Origin: an uncultured delta proteobacterium
GTDB lineage: Bacteria > Myxococcota_A > Polyangia > Haliangiales > Haliangiaceae
Direction: 5' to 3'
Assembly: GCA_963848295.1 (NCBI GenBank)
Contig: CAWKDB010000010.1
Span: 3,072,001-3,136,000 of the forward strand
Length of the DNA stretch: 64,000 nt
Shown here: positions 43,745-57,229 of the stretch, in pieces
Layout of the letters: each line of letters starts with the position of its first letter
Position numbering within the stretch: position 1 is the stretch's first letter
The notes under the pieces: generated by a model
What the model was told of the DNA's origin: nothing
Seen by the model: only the letters and a program-made list of their open reading frames with translations
Database searches by the model: none
Program-made: the position numbers and the translations under genes

Positions 43745-44336
43745 CGCCGCACCGTGAGCGTCAGGCCCTCCGCTTAGCGCGGTAGCGGCGCGAGCGTCAC
43801 CGCGCTAGCCCACTCGGCGCACCGCATGACGCCGTCCTTGGGCGTGTCGCAGCGCGCGGCGCGAAAATTCACCGGCGGTCCGCCGATCGCGAGCGCGGTC
43901 TCGGAGAGGGGAAGCGACAGCTCGACGAGCCACTCTTCGTCTTCGTCGCGCGGGTCGTCGAGCGTGCCGTCGAGGTCGTGTGCGGCGCGAACGCCGAACA
44001 GCGGCGGCGTGACGACCCCGTTCGGATTCACCGCGAGCTGCAAGGCGCCGATCGCGACCTCGAAGTGATCGGTCGAGCGCACGTCTTGATCCGCGGCGTA
44101 GAGGCCGATGTACAGCGTGGTCGCGTCGTGGAGCAGGCGCACTTGCGAGTACGGCCGCGCGAGCTCGCCGGCCGAGACGAACGATCGCGGATGGCCGCGG
44201 CGATTCCAGTCCGGCTCGTCGAGCTCGCCGTCGATCGCGATGCGCTCGCGGGTCGCGGCGATCTCGTTATCGGCGCCGCGTACGACGACGACCCGGCCCT
44301 CGCCGCGCTGACACCCGCACAGCGCGAGCGCGAGCG

Positions 44337-47057
<2,721 letters not shown>

Positions 47058-47194
47058 GCGGACTCCGACTGTATACGATGATCCCCGGTTGACGCGATGC
47101 GTTGGCGGCGAGGCCGTACTTTCTTGCTCTCGCCCGCGAAGGCTGGCACCACGGATGGATGACGAGGAGCAAGCCAACTCCGGAACGATCGAGG

Positions 47195-47881
47195 ATGTTG
47201 CGCGGCCTCGTCACCGCGTTCGCTCGCCGCGTCCGCACCAGCGGCGACCCGCCGCCGTCCGATGACGGCTCCGACGAGCCGAGCGGCAAGCCGGCCGAGG
47301 ACCCGGCCAAGCCTGCGGATCCGGGTCCGAGCGACGCGCCGAAGGAACTGCCAAACGAGCTGCCGGCGATCGAGCCGCCAGACCCGAAAGCCGAGCCCTG
47401 GCCGGATGCGACGCCCCAGCCGATGCGCCCGGTCACGGTCGATCCAGCCGCTCCAACGGGTACGCCAGCTACGGGGCGCGCCAAAACCGAAACCGCGCGC
47501 GTTCCAGCGACAGGCGATTTCGGTGCGCCGCCCGCGATGCCGGCTCAAAGTGCGCCGCCGCAGGTCGCCACCGGAGACGTCTCGCTCGCCGAAGATCCCA
47601 CGAACATGCCGGATGCGCGGCAAGTTCCCGCCGGCAACCCGAGCGATCCGGCGCGGCCACCCGGTCTCGTGCCACGCGGCGACTCGCGCTCGCTGCGCCG
47701 CGATGGCGAATTCGCGCTGATCTATCGCAAGGGCTCGTTCGTGATCTCGCGCTTCGGCAAGCTCGGCACCCGAGGCCAATGGCGGGTGGTCGAGTACCCT
47801 ACCCCGAGCGCAGCGGCGACGTCCTACGCGAAGGAGAGCTCGCGATTCGTCTCGGAGGGGTTCTCGGACTATCGTGGGTGA
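47195..47881 (+). CDS. Pro-rich protein with C-terminal WGR-like domain
   Basis: VISRFGKLGTRGQ..A...Y...EGF resembles WGR; start uncertain. Confidence 0.6.
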   Translation: MLRGLVTAFARRVRTSGDPPPSDDGSDEPSGKPAEDPAKPADPGPSDAPKELPNELPAIEPPDPKAEPWPDATPQPMRPVTVDPAAPTGTPATGRAKTETARVPATGDFGAPPAMPAQSAPPQVATGDVSLAEDPTNMPDARQVPAGNPSDPARPPGLVPRGDSRSLRRDGEFALIYRKGSFVISRFGKLGTRGQWRVVEYPTPSAAATSYAKESSRFVSEGFSDYRG

Positions 47882-48728
47882 GGTGGCGTCCGACGATCCG
47901 AAAACCGCGCGCAAGGCGATCGCGAAGCGCTCGTCGTGGCTGTTGCGGTGGGCACTAGAAGCGCCCGGCCGCTGGCTCGGCAAGCGCAGCGGCATCGGTC
48001 AAGACGTAGGCGGCGCCGCCGATGGCCTGTCGTATCTGCGCCACCTCGTGCGCGGCAATCGCCTGCCGCGCCGCGATGCATTTCGCGATTCGACGCCGGC
48101 CTCGCCGCCCGTGCTGCTGATCCACGGGTTCCTCGGCACGCGCGGCTCGATGTACATGCTCGAGCGCCGGCTCGTCGACGACGGGTTCGTCGTGGTGTCG
48201 TTCAACATCGGCACGCTCAACGTCCGCGACATCCGCGCGTCGGCGTTCATGATCCATCGCAAGATCGAGCGGATCTTGGCGCAGACGCCGTCGCAGAAGA
48301 TCGACATCATCGGCCACTCGATGGGCGGCCTCATCGGCCTCTATTACGTCAAGAAGCTCGGTGGTCACGCGCGGGTTCGCAAGCTGATCATGATGGGCAC
48401 GCCGGTGCGCGGCACGTGGATGGCGCTCGCCGGGGTCGTCACGCTCGGCCTGTGGTCGACCTCGTCATGGCAGCTGTTGCCGCGCAGTCGCTTCCTGGAC
48501 GAGCTAGCGCAAGGGCCGCTGCCGCCCGGGGTCGAGATCCACACCATCGCGGCGGCGCGGGACTGGACCGTACCGCTGGCGACCACACGGCTCGCGGGGG
48601 CCAACGCCGTGACCGTACCGCTCGGTCACTCCAGCTTGGTCGTCTCGGAGGAGGTCTACCGGCGCGTCGTCCAGACGCTCAGGCCGCCCTACGAGCAGTT
48701 CACCGACGAACCGATGGCGACGGACTGA
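47874..48728 (+). CDS. Alpha/beta hydrolase (lipase/esterase)
   Basis: LIHGF oxyanion motif, GHSMGG nucleophile, D and GH triad residues. Confidence 0.88.
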   Translation: MGEVASDDPKTARKAIAKRSSWLLRWALEAPGRWLGKRSGIGQDVGGAADGLSYLRHLVRGNRLPRRDAFRDSTPASPPVLLIHGFLGTRGSMYMLERRLVDDGFVVVSFNIGTLNVRDIRASAFMIHRKIERILAQTPSQKIDIIGHSMGGLIGLYYVKKLGGHARVRKLIMMGTPVRGTWMALAGVVTLGLWSTSSWQLLPRSRFLDELAQGPLPPGVEIHTIAAARDWTVPLATTRLAGANAVTVPLGHSSLVVSEEVYRRVVQTLRPPYEQFTDEPMATD

Positions 48729-48832
48729 CGGCCACGTAGTTGGCTGCCGTTTGCTTGCGCACCGCGTCGGTTGGGAACTAGAATTTTCCAAGTCTTGGAG
48801 CGGCTGACCGCTCCGGGACGGCCACGCCCTCC

Positions 48833-49765
48833 ATGAACGACCGTCCTCGCTTCGCGCTGCGCTTCATCTCGGGCAAGTACCAGGGTGGCGAGTTCCCGCT
48901 TCGCATGAACCGGGAGATCATCATCGGTCGGTCCAGCGACCTCGACATGGTGCTGGTCGAGGACATGGTGTCGCGCCGCCACGCGAAGATCAGCTCGAAC
49001 GAGCAAGAGGTCTACATCCAGGACATGGGATCGACCAACGGCACGTTCGTCAACGGCGAGAAGATCGCCGGCCGCGCGCTGTTGCACGAAGGCGACCGCA
49101 TCCTGGTCGGCACCTCGATCATCAAGGTCGTCGGGGTCGAGGGCTCGGTCGCGCAACAGACCGAGGCCGAGGCACGGCGCCGGCTCGAAGCGAGCGCGCA
49201 GCAACGCCAGGCGACCCAGGGCCGGCCGATGTCCGGCGTGATCGAAGAGATCCCGCTCCCCGACTTGCTCCAGCTCCTGTCGACGAGCCGCAAGTCCGGC
49301 GTGCTCACCGTCAACAACGGCGTCAGCCTCGGCAAGATCTACCTGCGCAAAGGCTCGATCTACTTCGCGACGATCAACGACGACTTCGCGGTCAGCCCGC
49401 AGAAGGCGATCTACCGGATGCTGACCTGGCTCACCGGCACGTTCGAGCTCGAGCCGAGCGTCGAGCTCCAGGTGATGGAAGAGATCCAAGAATCGACGGA
49501 GGGTTTGCTCATGGAAGGCGTCCGCCAGCTCGACGAGTTCCGTAATCTCCAGAAACAGCTGCCCCCGCTCGGGTCGCCGCTCGCCGTGCCGACGCCGCTC
49601 GCCGGCAAGCTGCGCGAGCTCACGCCGTCCGAGCTCGATACCTTCCAGCTCGTCCTCGATCACGGCCAGCTGCAAAAAGTTCTCGATAATTTCCCGGGCA
49701 CTGACCTCGACGCGGCGCAGAACATCATCAGCCTGATGAAGCGCGAATTCGTCGTCGTCCCCTAA
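48833..49765 (+). CDS. FHA plus DUF4388-like protein
   Basis: IGRS..VSRRHA..DMGSTNGTFVNG; MSG.IEEIPLPDLLQLL...KSGVL, W..GTF, LLMEG.RQLDE. Confidence 0.88.
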   Translation: MNDRPRFALRFISGKYQGGEFPLRMNREIIIGRSSDLDMVLVEDMVSRRHAKISSNEQEVYIQDMGSTNGTFVNGEKIAGRALLHEGDRILVGTSIIKVVGVEGSVAQQTEAEARRRLEASAQQRQATQGRPMSGVIEEIPLPDLLQLLSTSRKSGVLTVNNGVSLGKIYLRKGSIYFATINDDFAVSPQKAIYRMLTWLTGTFELEPSVELQVMEEIQESTEGLLMEGVRQLDEFRNLQKQLPPLGSPLAVPTPLAGKLRELTPSELDTFQLVLDHGQLQKVLDNFPGTDLDAAQNIISLMKREFVVVP

Positions 49766-49790
49766 CCAGCGGCGCTGCTACACTAGAGGC

Positions 49791-50207
49791 GTGCCCCCGG
49801 CGCAGATCAGAGTCGAGACGGTCGACATCGACGAGCGGCTGCGATCGCCGTATCGCGGGGTGGTCACCGGCCGCGCGACGCTGCGCCTGACGGTCTCGAT
49901 CGCACCGCGCGGCATGATGCCGTGCGAGGTCACGCTCGAAGTCGATGACACCTCGGTCGAGGTCTGCGATCACCGCGGCTGCTTCGCCATCACCGAGATC
50001 GATCAACTGTTCGTCGTCGAGCGGCAGCCACCGGCCTGGCGATTCTTGACGTGGTTCGGCGTGTTCGTGCGCCGTCGCGGTCGCGCCGACCGGCTGCTGA
50101 TCGAGACGCCTGATGGTCGAGTCGCGCGGTTCGTCGAGCGCACGGTCGAGCAGCGCCTCGGGTTGCGCGACGAGGCGGTCGAAGGCGAATTGCGCGTCGA
50201 GCCCTGA
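49791..50207 (+). CDS. Hypothetical protein
   Basis: Fills an operon gap; TACACT box 6 nt upstream. Confidence 0.55.
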   Translation: MPPAQIRVETVDIDERLRSPYRGVVTGRATLRLTVSIAPRGMMPCEVTLEVDDTSVEVCDHRGCFAITEIDQLFVVERQPPAWRFLTWFGVFVRRRGRADRLLIETPDGRVARFVERTVEQRLGLRDEAVEGELRVEP

Positions 50208-50231
50208 GCTCATTCGTGTTACGAAGGCTTC

Positions 50232-51005
50232 GTGATTCGCGAGGCTGCCACGGTCATCTTGCTGCGCAGGGCCAAGCCCGGCTTCGAGGTGTTCTTCGTG
50301 CGGCGACATCGCGGAGCCTCGTTCATGGCGTCGTCGTACGTGTTCCCCGGAGGCGTGGCCGAGGCCGGCGAAGACGCACGCACGGCCGCGGCGCGCGAGC
50401 TGTTCGAAGAGGCTGGCGTGCTGCTCGCGGTCGGCGCGCCGAACGCCGAGTCCGAGACTCTCGAGATGGCGAGCCAAGAGAAGCTGCGCCAGCGCGTGCT
50501 CGCCGGCGCCGAGGCGACCGCGGTGCTGCGGCTCGCCGGCTTGACCTGGGCGACCGATGCACTCGCGCCGTGGTCGCACTGGATCACGCCATCGATCGAG
50601 AAGAAGCGGTTCTCCGCGCGCTTCTTCGTTGCCGAGCTCCCGTCGGGTCAAGAGCCGAGCTTCGACAAGTCGGAGACGGTCGATCAGCTATGGATTCACG
50701 CCGACGAGGCGATCTCGCGCGGGGCCGAGCTCAAGCTGCCGCCGCCGCAGATCCGCACGTGCTGGGAATTGTCGCAGTATGCGCTGCTCGGCGACGTGCT
50801 CGCTGCGTCGAAGGAGCGCGCCGCGGAACCGCACCCGATCATGCCGCGGCTCGCTCCCGGCGAGCAGCCGCGCTTGCTGCTGCCGTGGGATCCCGACTAC
50901 ATGACCGCGGGTACCGGCGAGGCCACGCCGTTGACCTACCAGCCGTCGTGGGCGGTCGGCCCGAGCCGGTTCGAGCTCGACGGCGATCGCTGGAAGCACG
51001 TCTAG
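50232..51005 (+). CDS. NUDIX hydrolase
   Basis: VFPGG..E.GE...AAARELFEEAG Nudix box; HWITP..RF..RFF. Confidence 0.9.
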   Translation: MIREAATVILLRRAKPGFEVFFVRRHRGASFMASSYVFPGGVAEAGEDARTAAARELFEEAGVLLAVGAPNAESETLEMASQEKLRQRVLAGAEATAVLRLAGLTWATDALAPWSHWITPSIEKKRFSARFFVAELPSGQEPSFDKSETVDQLWIHADEAISRGAELKLPPPQIRTCWELSQYALLGDVLAASKERAAEPHPIMPRLAPGEQPRLLLPWDPDYMTAGTGEATPLTYQPSWAVGPSRFELDGDRWKHV

Positions 51006-51017
51006 CACCTCGTCGTC

Positions 51018-51905
51018 GTGCGCGAACCTCAACTTCACGTCGGCTACCGCTCGTTCACGGCGATCGATCCGGTGCAGGGCGCCGACATCCCGGTGCGCGT
51101 GCTGTACCCGACGCGCGCCGCCGCGCAGCCGAGCGCGTTCGGCTCGTACCTGCTCGACGTCGCGATCGATGCGCCGGTCGCGGGCGAGCGCTTGCCGGTG
51201 ATCGCGGTGTCGCACGGCACCGGCGGCTCGTGCTGGGGCTATCGCGGGCTCGCGGCCGTGCTCGCGCGCGCCGGCTTCGCGGTCGCGTTGCTCGAGCATC
51301 CCGGCAATCGCCGCACCGACAACGCGCTCGCCGATACGCCGGCGAACCTCGCCAATCGCCCGCGTCACGTCCGGCTCGCGATCGATGCCGCGCTCGGCGA
51401 TGCGTTGATCGGGCCGCACCTCGCCTCCGATCGCGCGATCGTGATCGGTCACTCGCTCGGCGGCTACACCGCGGTTGCGGTCGCGGGCGGCCACCCGCTG
51501 GCGCTGCCGAACCAGACGCCGGACCGGGTCGCGCATCCGGTCGCGGTCGACCCCGATCCTCGGGTGCGCGCCGTCGTCCTGCTCGCGCCCGCGCTACCGT
51601 GGTTCATGGCGCCGGGTGCGCTCGCCGATGTCCGCGTGCCGTTGCTCGTCCGCGCCGGCGAACGCGACGACATCATGCCGCCGTTCTACATCGAGACGAT
51701 CTTGCGCGGCCTTCCCGCGGACGCGCGGCTCGACTATCGCGTCGTCCCGAACGCCGGCCACTTCGCGTTCCTCGCGCCGTTTCCACCGGCGCTGGCGAGC
51801 CCGCGATTTCCGCCGTCGCAAGATCCGCCGGGCTTCGATCGCGTCGCGTATCACGACGAGCTCGCGCGCGAGGTGCTCGCGTTCGTCAGCGCGGCGCGAG
51901 GTTGA
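51018..51905 (+). CDS. Alpha/beta hydrolase (dienelactone-hydrolase/PAF-AH-like)
   Basis: SHGTGG, GHSLGG, GERD, NAGHFAF. Confidence 0.88.
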   Translation: MREPQLHVGYRSFTAIDPVQGADIPVRVLYPTRAAAQPSAFGSYLLDVAIDAPVAGERLPVIAVSHGTGGSCWGYRGLAAVLARAGFAVALLEHPGNRRTDNALADTPANLANRPRHVRLAIDAALGDALIGPHLASDRAIVIGHSLGGYTAVAVAGGHPLALPNQTPDRVAHPVAVDPDPRVRAVVLLAPALPWFMAPGALADVRVPLLVRAGERDDIMPPFYIETILRGLPADARLDYRVVPNAGHFAFLAPFPPALASPRFPPSQDPPGFDRVAYHDELAREVLAFVSAARG

Positions 51906-52299
51906 GCTCGAGCCAATACAAGCCGAGCGTCTTGACCGCGTCGCTGAACGTCAGGAAGTCGACCGGCTTGCGCACGTAGCTGTTCGCGCCGAGGCGATAG
52001 CCTTCGGTCACGTCGCGATCTTCGTTCGACGACGTCAAGATCACGATCGGCAGCGATCGAGTCGTCGGCTGAGCGCGGACCTTGCGCAACAAGCCGATGC
52101 CGTCGAGCCGAGGCATGTTGAGATCGATCAACACGAGATCGGGACGCAGCGGCGGCGCGCCGTGGAGCAGCTCGAGCGCTTCGATGCCGTCGCGCGCGCG
52201 GACGATCCGGGTCGCGAGCTTGTGCTTGTTGAGCGCACGCAGCGTCAGCTCGGCGTCATCGTCGTTGTCCTCGACGAGCAGGATCGTCTTGTCGTTCAT
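51886..52299 (-). CDS. Single-domain response regulator
   Basis: LLVEDNDDD, LIDLNMP, LTSS, GANSYVRKP. Confidence 0.95.
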   Translation of the reverse strand: MNDKTILLVEDNDDDAELTLRALNKHKLATRIVRARDGIEALELLHGAPPLRPDLVLIDLNMPRLDGIGLLRKVRAQPTTRSLPIVILTSSNEDRDVTEGYRLGANSYVRKPVDFLTFSDAVKTLGLYWLELNLAPR

Positions 52300-53684
52300 G
52301 ACTGTTCTGCCGCGTCGGATCCAGACAACGTGAATAGGAATGTAGCCCCTTTGTCGGGCTCGCTGGTCGCCCAGATCCGGCCACCGTGGCGGTGGACGAT
52401 GCGTTGCACCGTCGCGAGGCCGATCCCGGTACCAGAAAATTCCCTAGCCTCGTGCAACCGCTGGAAAGCACCGAACAGCTTGTCGGCGTAGCGCGGATCG
52501 AAGCCGACCCCATCGTCGCGCACGAACAGCGCTCGCTCGCCGTCGTCGGTGACGGCGCCGACCTCGATGTGGGCATGCGCGCGCTTCGCCGTGAACTTGA
52601 AGGCATTACCGAGCAGGTTGTCGAGCACGATGCGTACGAGGCGCGGGTCGGCGTGGACGATCAGCTCGGGTGCGATCGTGACCTCGAGCTCGCGCCCGGG
52701 GTTGGTCTCGCGCAGCTCGGCGATCGCTTCGAGCGCGACCGCGCTGAGGTCGAAGCGTTGGACCTCCATCTTCGAACGCGTGACTCGCGACAGCGCGAGG
52801 ATGTCGTCGATCAGCACGCCCATGCGCTGGGTGCCGGCGCGCACGCGATCGAGGTGGCGCTTGGCCGGTTCGTCGAGCTTATCCCCGCTGTCCTCGAGGA
52901 GCGCCTGCGAGAAGCCGTCGATCGCGCGCAGCGGCGTGCGCAAGTCGTGGCTCACCGAATAGCTGAACGACTCGAGCTCGGCGTTGAGCGTGATGCTCGC
53001 GGCGAGCGCACCGGCGGTCTTGGTCTCGGCGCGTTCGCGCTCGCGGATCTCGTAGCGATTGATCACGAAGGCCGACAGCAACAACCCGAACGCGAACGCC
53101 GCCGAGCCCGCGAAGAACAGCATCGCTCGTCCGGACTGGTCGCTCGAGTCGGCTTCGCGCTGGTCGAGTAACTCGTGCTCGCGTGCGATCAGGTCGCTGG
53201 CGTGACGGCGGATCGCTTCGTCGAGCTGACCGTTCGCGAGCGAGTGTGCGTCGTCGAGTGGGAGGTCCTTGCCGAGCGAGTCGCGAGTCGCGAGTTGTGC
53301 TCGCATGCGAGCGATCCGATCGGCGACCAGCGGCTCGAGCTCGGCGATCCGACGTAATTGCTCGGGATCGTCTGCGGTCAAGGCGCGAACGCTCGTGATC
53401 CCTCTGGGCACCGCCGCTACTTCTTGCTCGAATGTAGTGCGGTAGCTGACGTCGCCGGTCAAGCCGTACGCGCGGCGGACCGATCGCGCTTCGCCGAGTC
53501 GCGCCATGATCTCGACCAGCGCTTCGATCGCCGAATGCGACCGCTCGACCGAGGTCACCGCCGTCGACGCGTCGTGCGCGACGATGACGCCGTTCACTCC
53601 CAAGCCCGCGATCAGCACGAGCCCGACTGCAAACCCGATCGTCGCCGCGCGCCGCCGCTTCCCGCCGGGTACAGACAAGTCCAA
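52296..53684 (-). CDS. CHASE3-type sensor histidine kinase
   Basis: Two TM helices around RAYGLTGD..Y; FSYSVSHDLRTPL H-box; NAFKF, DDGVG, FQRL, GTGIGL. Confidence 0.93.
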   Translation of the reverse strand: MDLSVPGGKRRRAATIGFAVGLVLIAGLGVNGVIVAHDASTAVTSVERSHSAIEALVEIMARLGEARSVRRAYGLTGDVSYRTTFEQEVAAVPRGITSVRALTADDPEQLRRIAELEPLVADRIARMRAQLATRDSLGKDLPLDDAHSLANGQLDEAIRRHASDLIAREHELLDQREADSSDQSGRAMLFFAGSAAFAFGLLLSAFVINRYEIRERERAETKTAGALAASITLNAELESFSYSVSHDLRTPLRAIDGFSQALLEDSGDKLDEPAKRHLDRVRAGTQRMGVLIDDILALSRVTRSKMEVQRFDLSAVALEAIAELRETNPGRELEVTIAPELIVHADPRLVRIVLDNLLGNAFKFTAKRAHAHIEVGAVTDDGERALFVRDDGVGFDPRYADKLFGAFQRLHEAREFSGTGIGLATVQRIVHRHGGRIWATSEPDKGATFLFTLSGSDAAEQS

Positions 53685-53733
53685 ACCAGCCTATCAGTGG
53701 ATTTGTCCGCGCGCATGGGTGTACGAACGTTGG

Positions 53734-55710
53734 GTGACGGCGCCCGGGCGTTCGAGGTTCGACGACCGCGGTCTGGTCGTCGGCGATCGCCGACTGCCGC
53801 TGTGGTCCGGTGCGATGCACTACTGGCGGGTCGAGCCCACGCGATGGGCCGCATGCTTGCGCGCGATCCATGCGCTCGGGTTGACCTGCGTCGAGACCTA
53901 CGTGCCGTGGCGGGTGCACCAACCCGAGGCCGGGCACGAGGTGTGGACCGGCGAGCGCGATCTCGGGAGATTTCTTAGCGCCGCGCGCGCGGCCGGGCTC
54001 GCCGTCGTGCTTCGTCCCGGCCCGCACATCAACGCCGAGCTCACGGGCTTCGGCATCCCGGACTGGGTGCTCGCGGACCCCGCGTGTCAGGCCCGGACAT
54101 CGCGCGGCACACCCGCGTGGTTGCCCGCACCGCCGCGCGCGTTTCCGATCCCGTCGTACGCGAGCGCGGCGTTTCACGCGAAAGTGCGCGCTTGGTACGC
54201 GGCGGTCGCGCGGATCGTCACGCCGTTTCTCGGCGATCCGGTCGTCGCGATCGGCGTGGATAACGAAGCACAGTTGTTCTTCCGCGCCGGCGCGTACGAC
54301 CTCGACTATCACCCCGATGCGCTGACGTGGTGGGCGGAGGCGAGTGGGCTCCCGCGCGATGCCGCGCCGCGCGCATGGCGACCGCAAGACCCCGCACGCT
54401 GTGTCCGCTGGCTGAAGTTCAAGGACGAGTACCTCGCGCGTGCGCTCGGCGAGCTGTCGCGCGCGCTCGACGATGTCGGGCTCGGTTCGGTCGCCCGGTT
54501 TCACAACCTGCCGCCGGGGCATCACGGCCTCTACGATCTGCGCCGGCTCCAGTCCGCGATCGGCGGCCCGGTCGGCATCGACGCGTACACGCCGCGCGGC
54601 GAGCTCCGCGCGTTGCGCCGCAGGGCGGCCGCGCTCGTCGGCAATGCGCAGCCGGTGCCGCTCGCGCTCGAGGTCGGGATCGGCTTCATGCCGTGGCTCC
54701 CGCCGTTGGATCGCGGCGACGATCCGACCCGCGAACGCGATCAGCTGCTGACGTTGTTCGCCGCCGGCGTGCGCGGGTTCAATCTATTCATGGCGGTCGA
54801 GCGCGATCGGTTCTACGGCGCCGCGATCGATGCGCGCGGTCAGCTCGAGCCGCACGCGACGTGGATCCAGCCGCTCGTCGCGGCGCTCGCCGAAGTCGAG
54901 TGGACGACGCTGCGTCGCGCCGCTCCGGTCGCGGTCGTCGATGTCCGCGCCGACACCCGCATCGCGCTCGCGAGCTCGGTGATCGATCCGGTGACGCCGG
55001 TGCTCGCGGAGTTGCTCGACATGGGACCGGGTGGCGCGGCCGAGCTCGCCGCCGATCCGGCCGGTGCGGTCGCGCGCAGGTGGCAGGACGCGATCGCGAC
55101 CGGGCTCGAGCTCGCGCAAGTGCCGTACGTCATCGTCGACGAGGCTGCGACCGAGGACGAGCTCGCGCGCTATCGCGTCGTGATCGCGCCGACCGCCGAC
55201 CGCATCGATCGCGGGCTGTGGCACCGGCTGCACGCGCTTGCCGAGCAGCGCCGCGCGGTCGATCACACCGCACCGGCCTTCGGCGGCGCTGACGCCCGGC
55301 GGCGAGCCCCGACCGTCGTGGTCATCGGTCCCGGCACGCCGACGAAGGACGAGCTCGACCAACCGCTCGACGAGCCAGCGCCGAAGCGGGTCGGCAAGCT
55401 CAGAGCCGGCTCGCTCGATGACCTCGCCGGGCTCGCCGATGATCTCGCCGGGCTCGTGGGCGTCGCAGGTGACGCGTGGCAGATCGAGCGGCCCGACGAG
55501 GTACGCGCGGCGGCGTTCGCGGCGCCCGACGGGACCGTGCGCGCGGTGTTCGTGACGAGCGACGCGCCGAAGCCGGTGACCGCGGTGATGTTCGCCGACG
55601 GCTCCGCGCTGCGCGATGCGATCAGCGGCGAGCACCTCGCGGTCGCCAACGGCAAGGCGTCGATCGCGATGCCGGCACGGGGCGTGCGGATGTTCGTCGT
55701 TACGGGATGA
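53734..55710 (+). CDS. GH35-like beta-galactosidase family glycoside hydrolase
   Basis: SGAMHYWR, VETYVPW..H, LRPGPHINAE..G.PDW, VDNE; start approximate. Confidence 0.8.
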   Translation: MTAPGRSRFDDRGLVVGDRRLPLWSGAMHYWRVEPTRWAACLRAIHALGLTCVETYVPWRVHQPEAGHEVWTGERDLGRFLSAARAAGLAVVLRPGPHINAELTGFGIPDWVLADPACQARTSRGTPAWLPAPPRAFPIPSYASAAFHAKVRAWYAAVARIVTPFLGDPVVAIGVDNEAQLFFRAGAYDLDYHPDALTWWAEASGLPRDAAPRAWRPQDPARCVRWLKFKDEYLARALGELSRALDDVGLGSVARFHNLPPGHHGLYDLRRLQSAIGGPVGIDAYTPRGELRALRRRAAALVGNAQPVPLALEVGIGFMPWLPPLDRGDDPTRERDQLLTLFAAGVRGFNLFMAVERDRFYGAAIDARGQLEPHATWIQPLVAALAEVEWTTLRRAAPVAVVDVRADTRIALASSVIDPVTPVLAELLDMGPGGAAELAADPAGAVARRWQDAIATGLELAQVPYVIVDEAATEDELARYRVVIAPTADRIDRGLWHRLHALAEQRRAVDHTAPAFGGADARRRAPTVVVIGPGTPTKDELDQPLDEPAPKRVGKLRAGSLDDLAGLADDLAGLVGVAGDAWQIERPDEVRAAAFAAPDGTVRAVFVTSDAPKPVTAVMFADGSALRDAISGEHLAVANGKASIAMPARGVRMFVVTG

Positions 55711-57229
55711 CCGGCTGGCAGACGCTCGCGCCGTTGATCTGTGCGTTCGTGCGGAACGTGTTGAGCGCGGTCCACGACGGCACTTCGTTCTGCGGGATCG
55801 TGCCGTCCTCGCGCACGTTCGTGACGTGATAGGTGTGCTCGTTCCAGATCCGGCGCGCCTGGATCCAGCGGTCCTGCACGTCGTGGATCACTTGCACGGT
55901 CGGCGACGCCGCCGCACCGCCGATCGAGTTCGACACGACGACGATGTCGGCCGAGCCGTCGTTGTCGATGTCGGCGACCACCGGATACTCGCTGAGCGTG
56001 CCGCTCGTCCGCGGGATCATCAGCAACACGTGGCCGGTGTTGTCGAACACGAACATCTGCGACTCGTCGGCGTACATCGCCTCGGCCGTGCCACTGCCGA
56101 GGAAGTCGAACGCCGTGCCGGCGGCGATGCCGGATTCGTCCGACACGGGCGCGCTCCACACGACCCCGCCGGTCTGCGAATAGACCGAGTAAAAGCTCGC
56201 CGAGCTCATCGCGTACTCGGCGTGACCGGTGCCGCCGAAGTCGTGGATCGTCGCGGGCCGGAGCCAGTTCGTGCCGCCGACCTCGACGCCCGTCGGTCGG
56301 AGGTCCTGGTACACGACCGTGCCGTCGTGCTTGATCAACGAGATGCCGTTCTCGTTCGTGAGCAGCACTTCGGGCTCGGGATCGTCGTCGAGGTTCGCGA
56401 CTTGCGGATAGCCGGCAGCGAGCGAGGTCTGCCAGTACAGCGTGCCGTCGTAGTGGTACGCGGCGTTGCCGAGGATGACCTCCATGTACCCGTCGCCATC
56501 GAGATCGGCCGCGGTCGTCGAGTTCCAATTCGCCTCCGTGATCGGCGCGGTCCACAGCACGGTACCGTGCTGATCGAACACCGTGTTGCCCCCGATGATC
56601 TCGACGTTGCCGTCGTGATCGAGATCGGCGAGCGCGATCGACCCCGAGTACCACGGGACCGTGCCGGCATCGGTCGTGCCGCCCCATTGTCCGGCCGGTC
56701 CGAAGATCGGCGTCCCGGTGTGATCGAATGCCCACAGCCGGCCGCTGGTATCGACGGTGACGATGTCGGGGATGCCGTCGTGGTTGATGTCGCCGATCGC
56801 CGGTGTGACCGTCGCGTCGACCGCGGTCGGGATCATCAGCTCCTGCGTGCCGGTCTTGCCGTCGAGCAAATAGATGTGACCGGTCGATTGCGGCTCGCCG
56901 GACGAGGTCGAGGCGACGACCACGACGTCGGGGATGTCGCACAGATCGATCGCGCCGTCGCCGTTGTCGTCGGTCAGGTTCGCGACGAGTGGGGTCACGA
57001 TGCTGTACGGCTCGGTCGTGCCGGTCCACGTCCACTTGATCGCCGGCGTGAAGCTGCCGGGCGGTGCGGTCTGCGTGCACGACGGCACCGCATTACCATC
57101 GTCCTGCACCTTGCACTTGTTGACCGGCGGCGCATCGGTCCCGCTGCCGCTATCACCGTTGAGTGGATCGCGTCCGTGAGGACCGCACGCGACGAACGAC
57201 ACGACGATCAGCCAGCTTGCGTTGCGCAC
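55700..57229 (-). CDS. FG-GAP/VCBS repeat lipoprotein
   Basis: FVAC lipobox; repeated (A/G)D(L/I)DxDGxx(D/E)(I/V); ARRIWNEHTYHVTNV. Confidence 0.85.
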   Translation of the reverse strand: MRNASWLIVVSFVACGPHGRDPLNGDSGSGTDAPPVNKCKVQDDGNAVPSCTQTAPPGSFTPAIKWTWTGTTEPYSIVTPLVANLTDDNGDGAIDLCDIPDVVVVASTSSGEPQSTGHIYLLDGKTGTQELMIPTAVDATVTPAIGDINHDGIPDIVTVDTSGRLWAFDHTGTPIFGPAGQWGGTTDAGTVPWYSGSIALADLDHDGNVEIIGGNTVFDQHGTVLWTAPITEANWNSTTAADLDGDGYMEVILGNAAYHYDGTLYWQTSLAAGYPQVANLDDDPEPEVLLTNENGISLIKHDGTVVYQDLRPTGVEVGGTNWLRPATIHDFGGTGHAEYAMSSASFYSVYSQTGGVVWSAPVSDESGIAAGTAFDFLGSGTAEAMYADESQMFVFDNTGHVLLMIPRTSGTLSEYPVVADIDNDGSADIVVVSNSIGGAAASPTVQVIHDVQDRWIQARRIWNEHTYHVTNVREDGTIPQNEVPSWTALNTFRTNAQINGASVCQPVIP

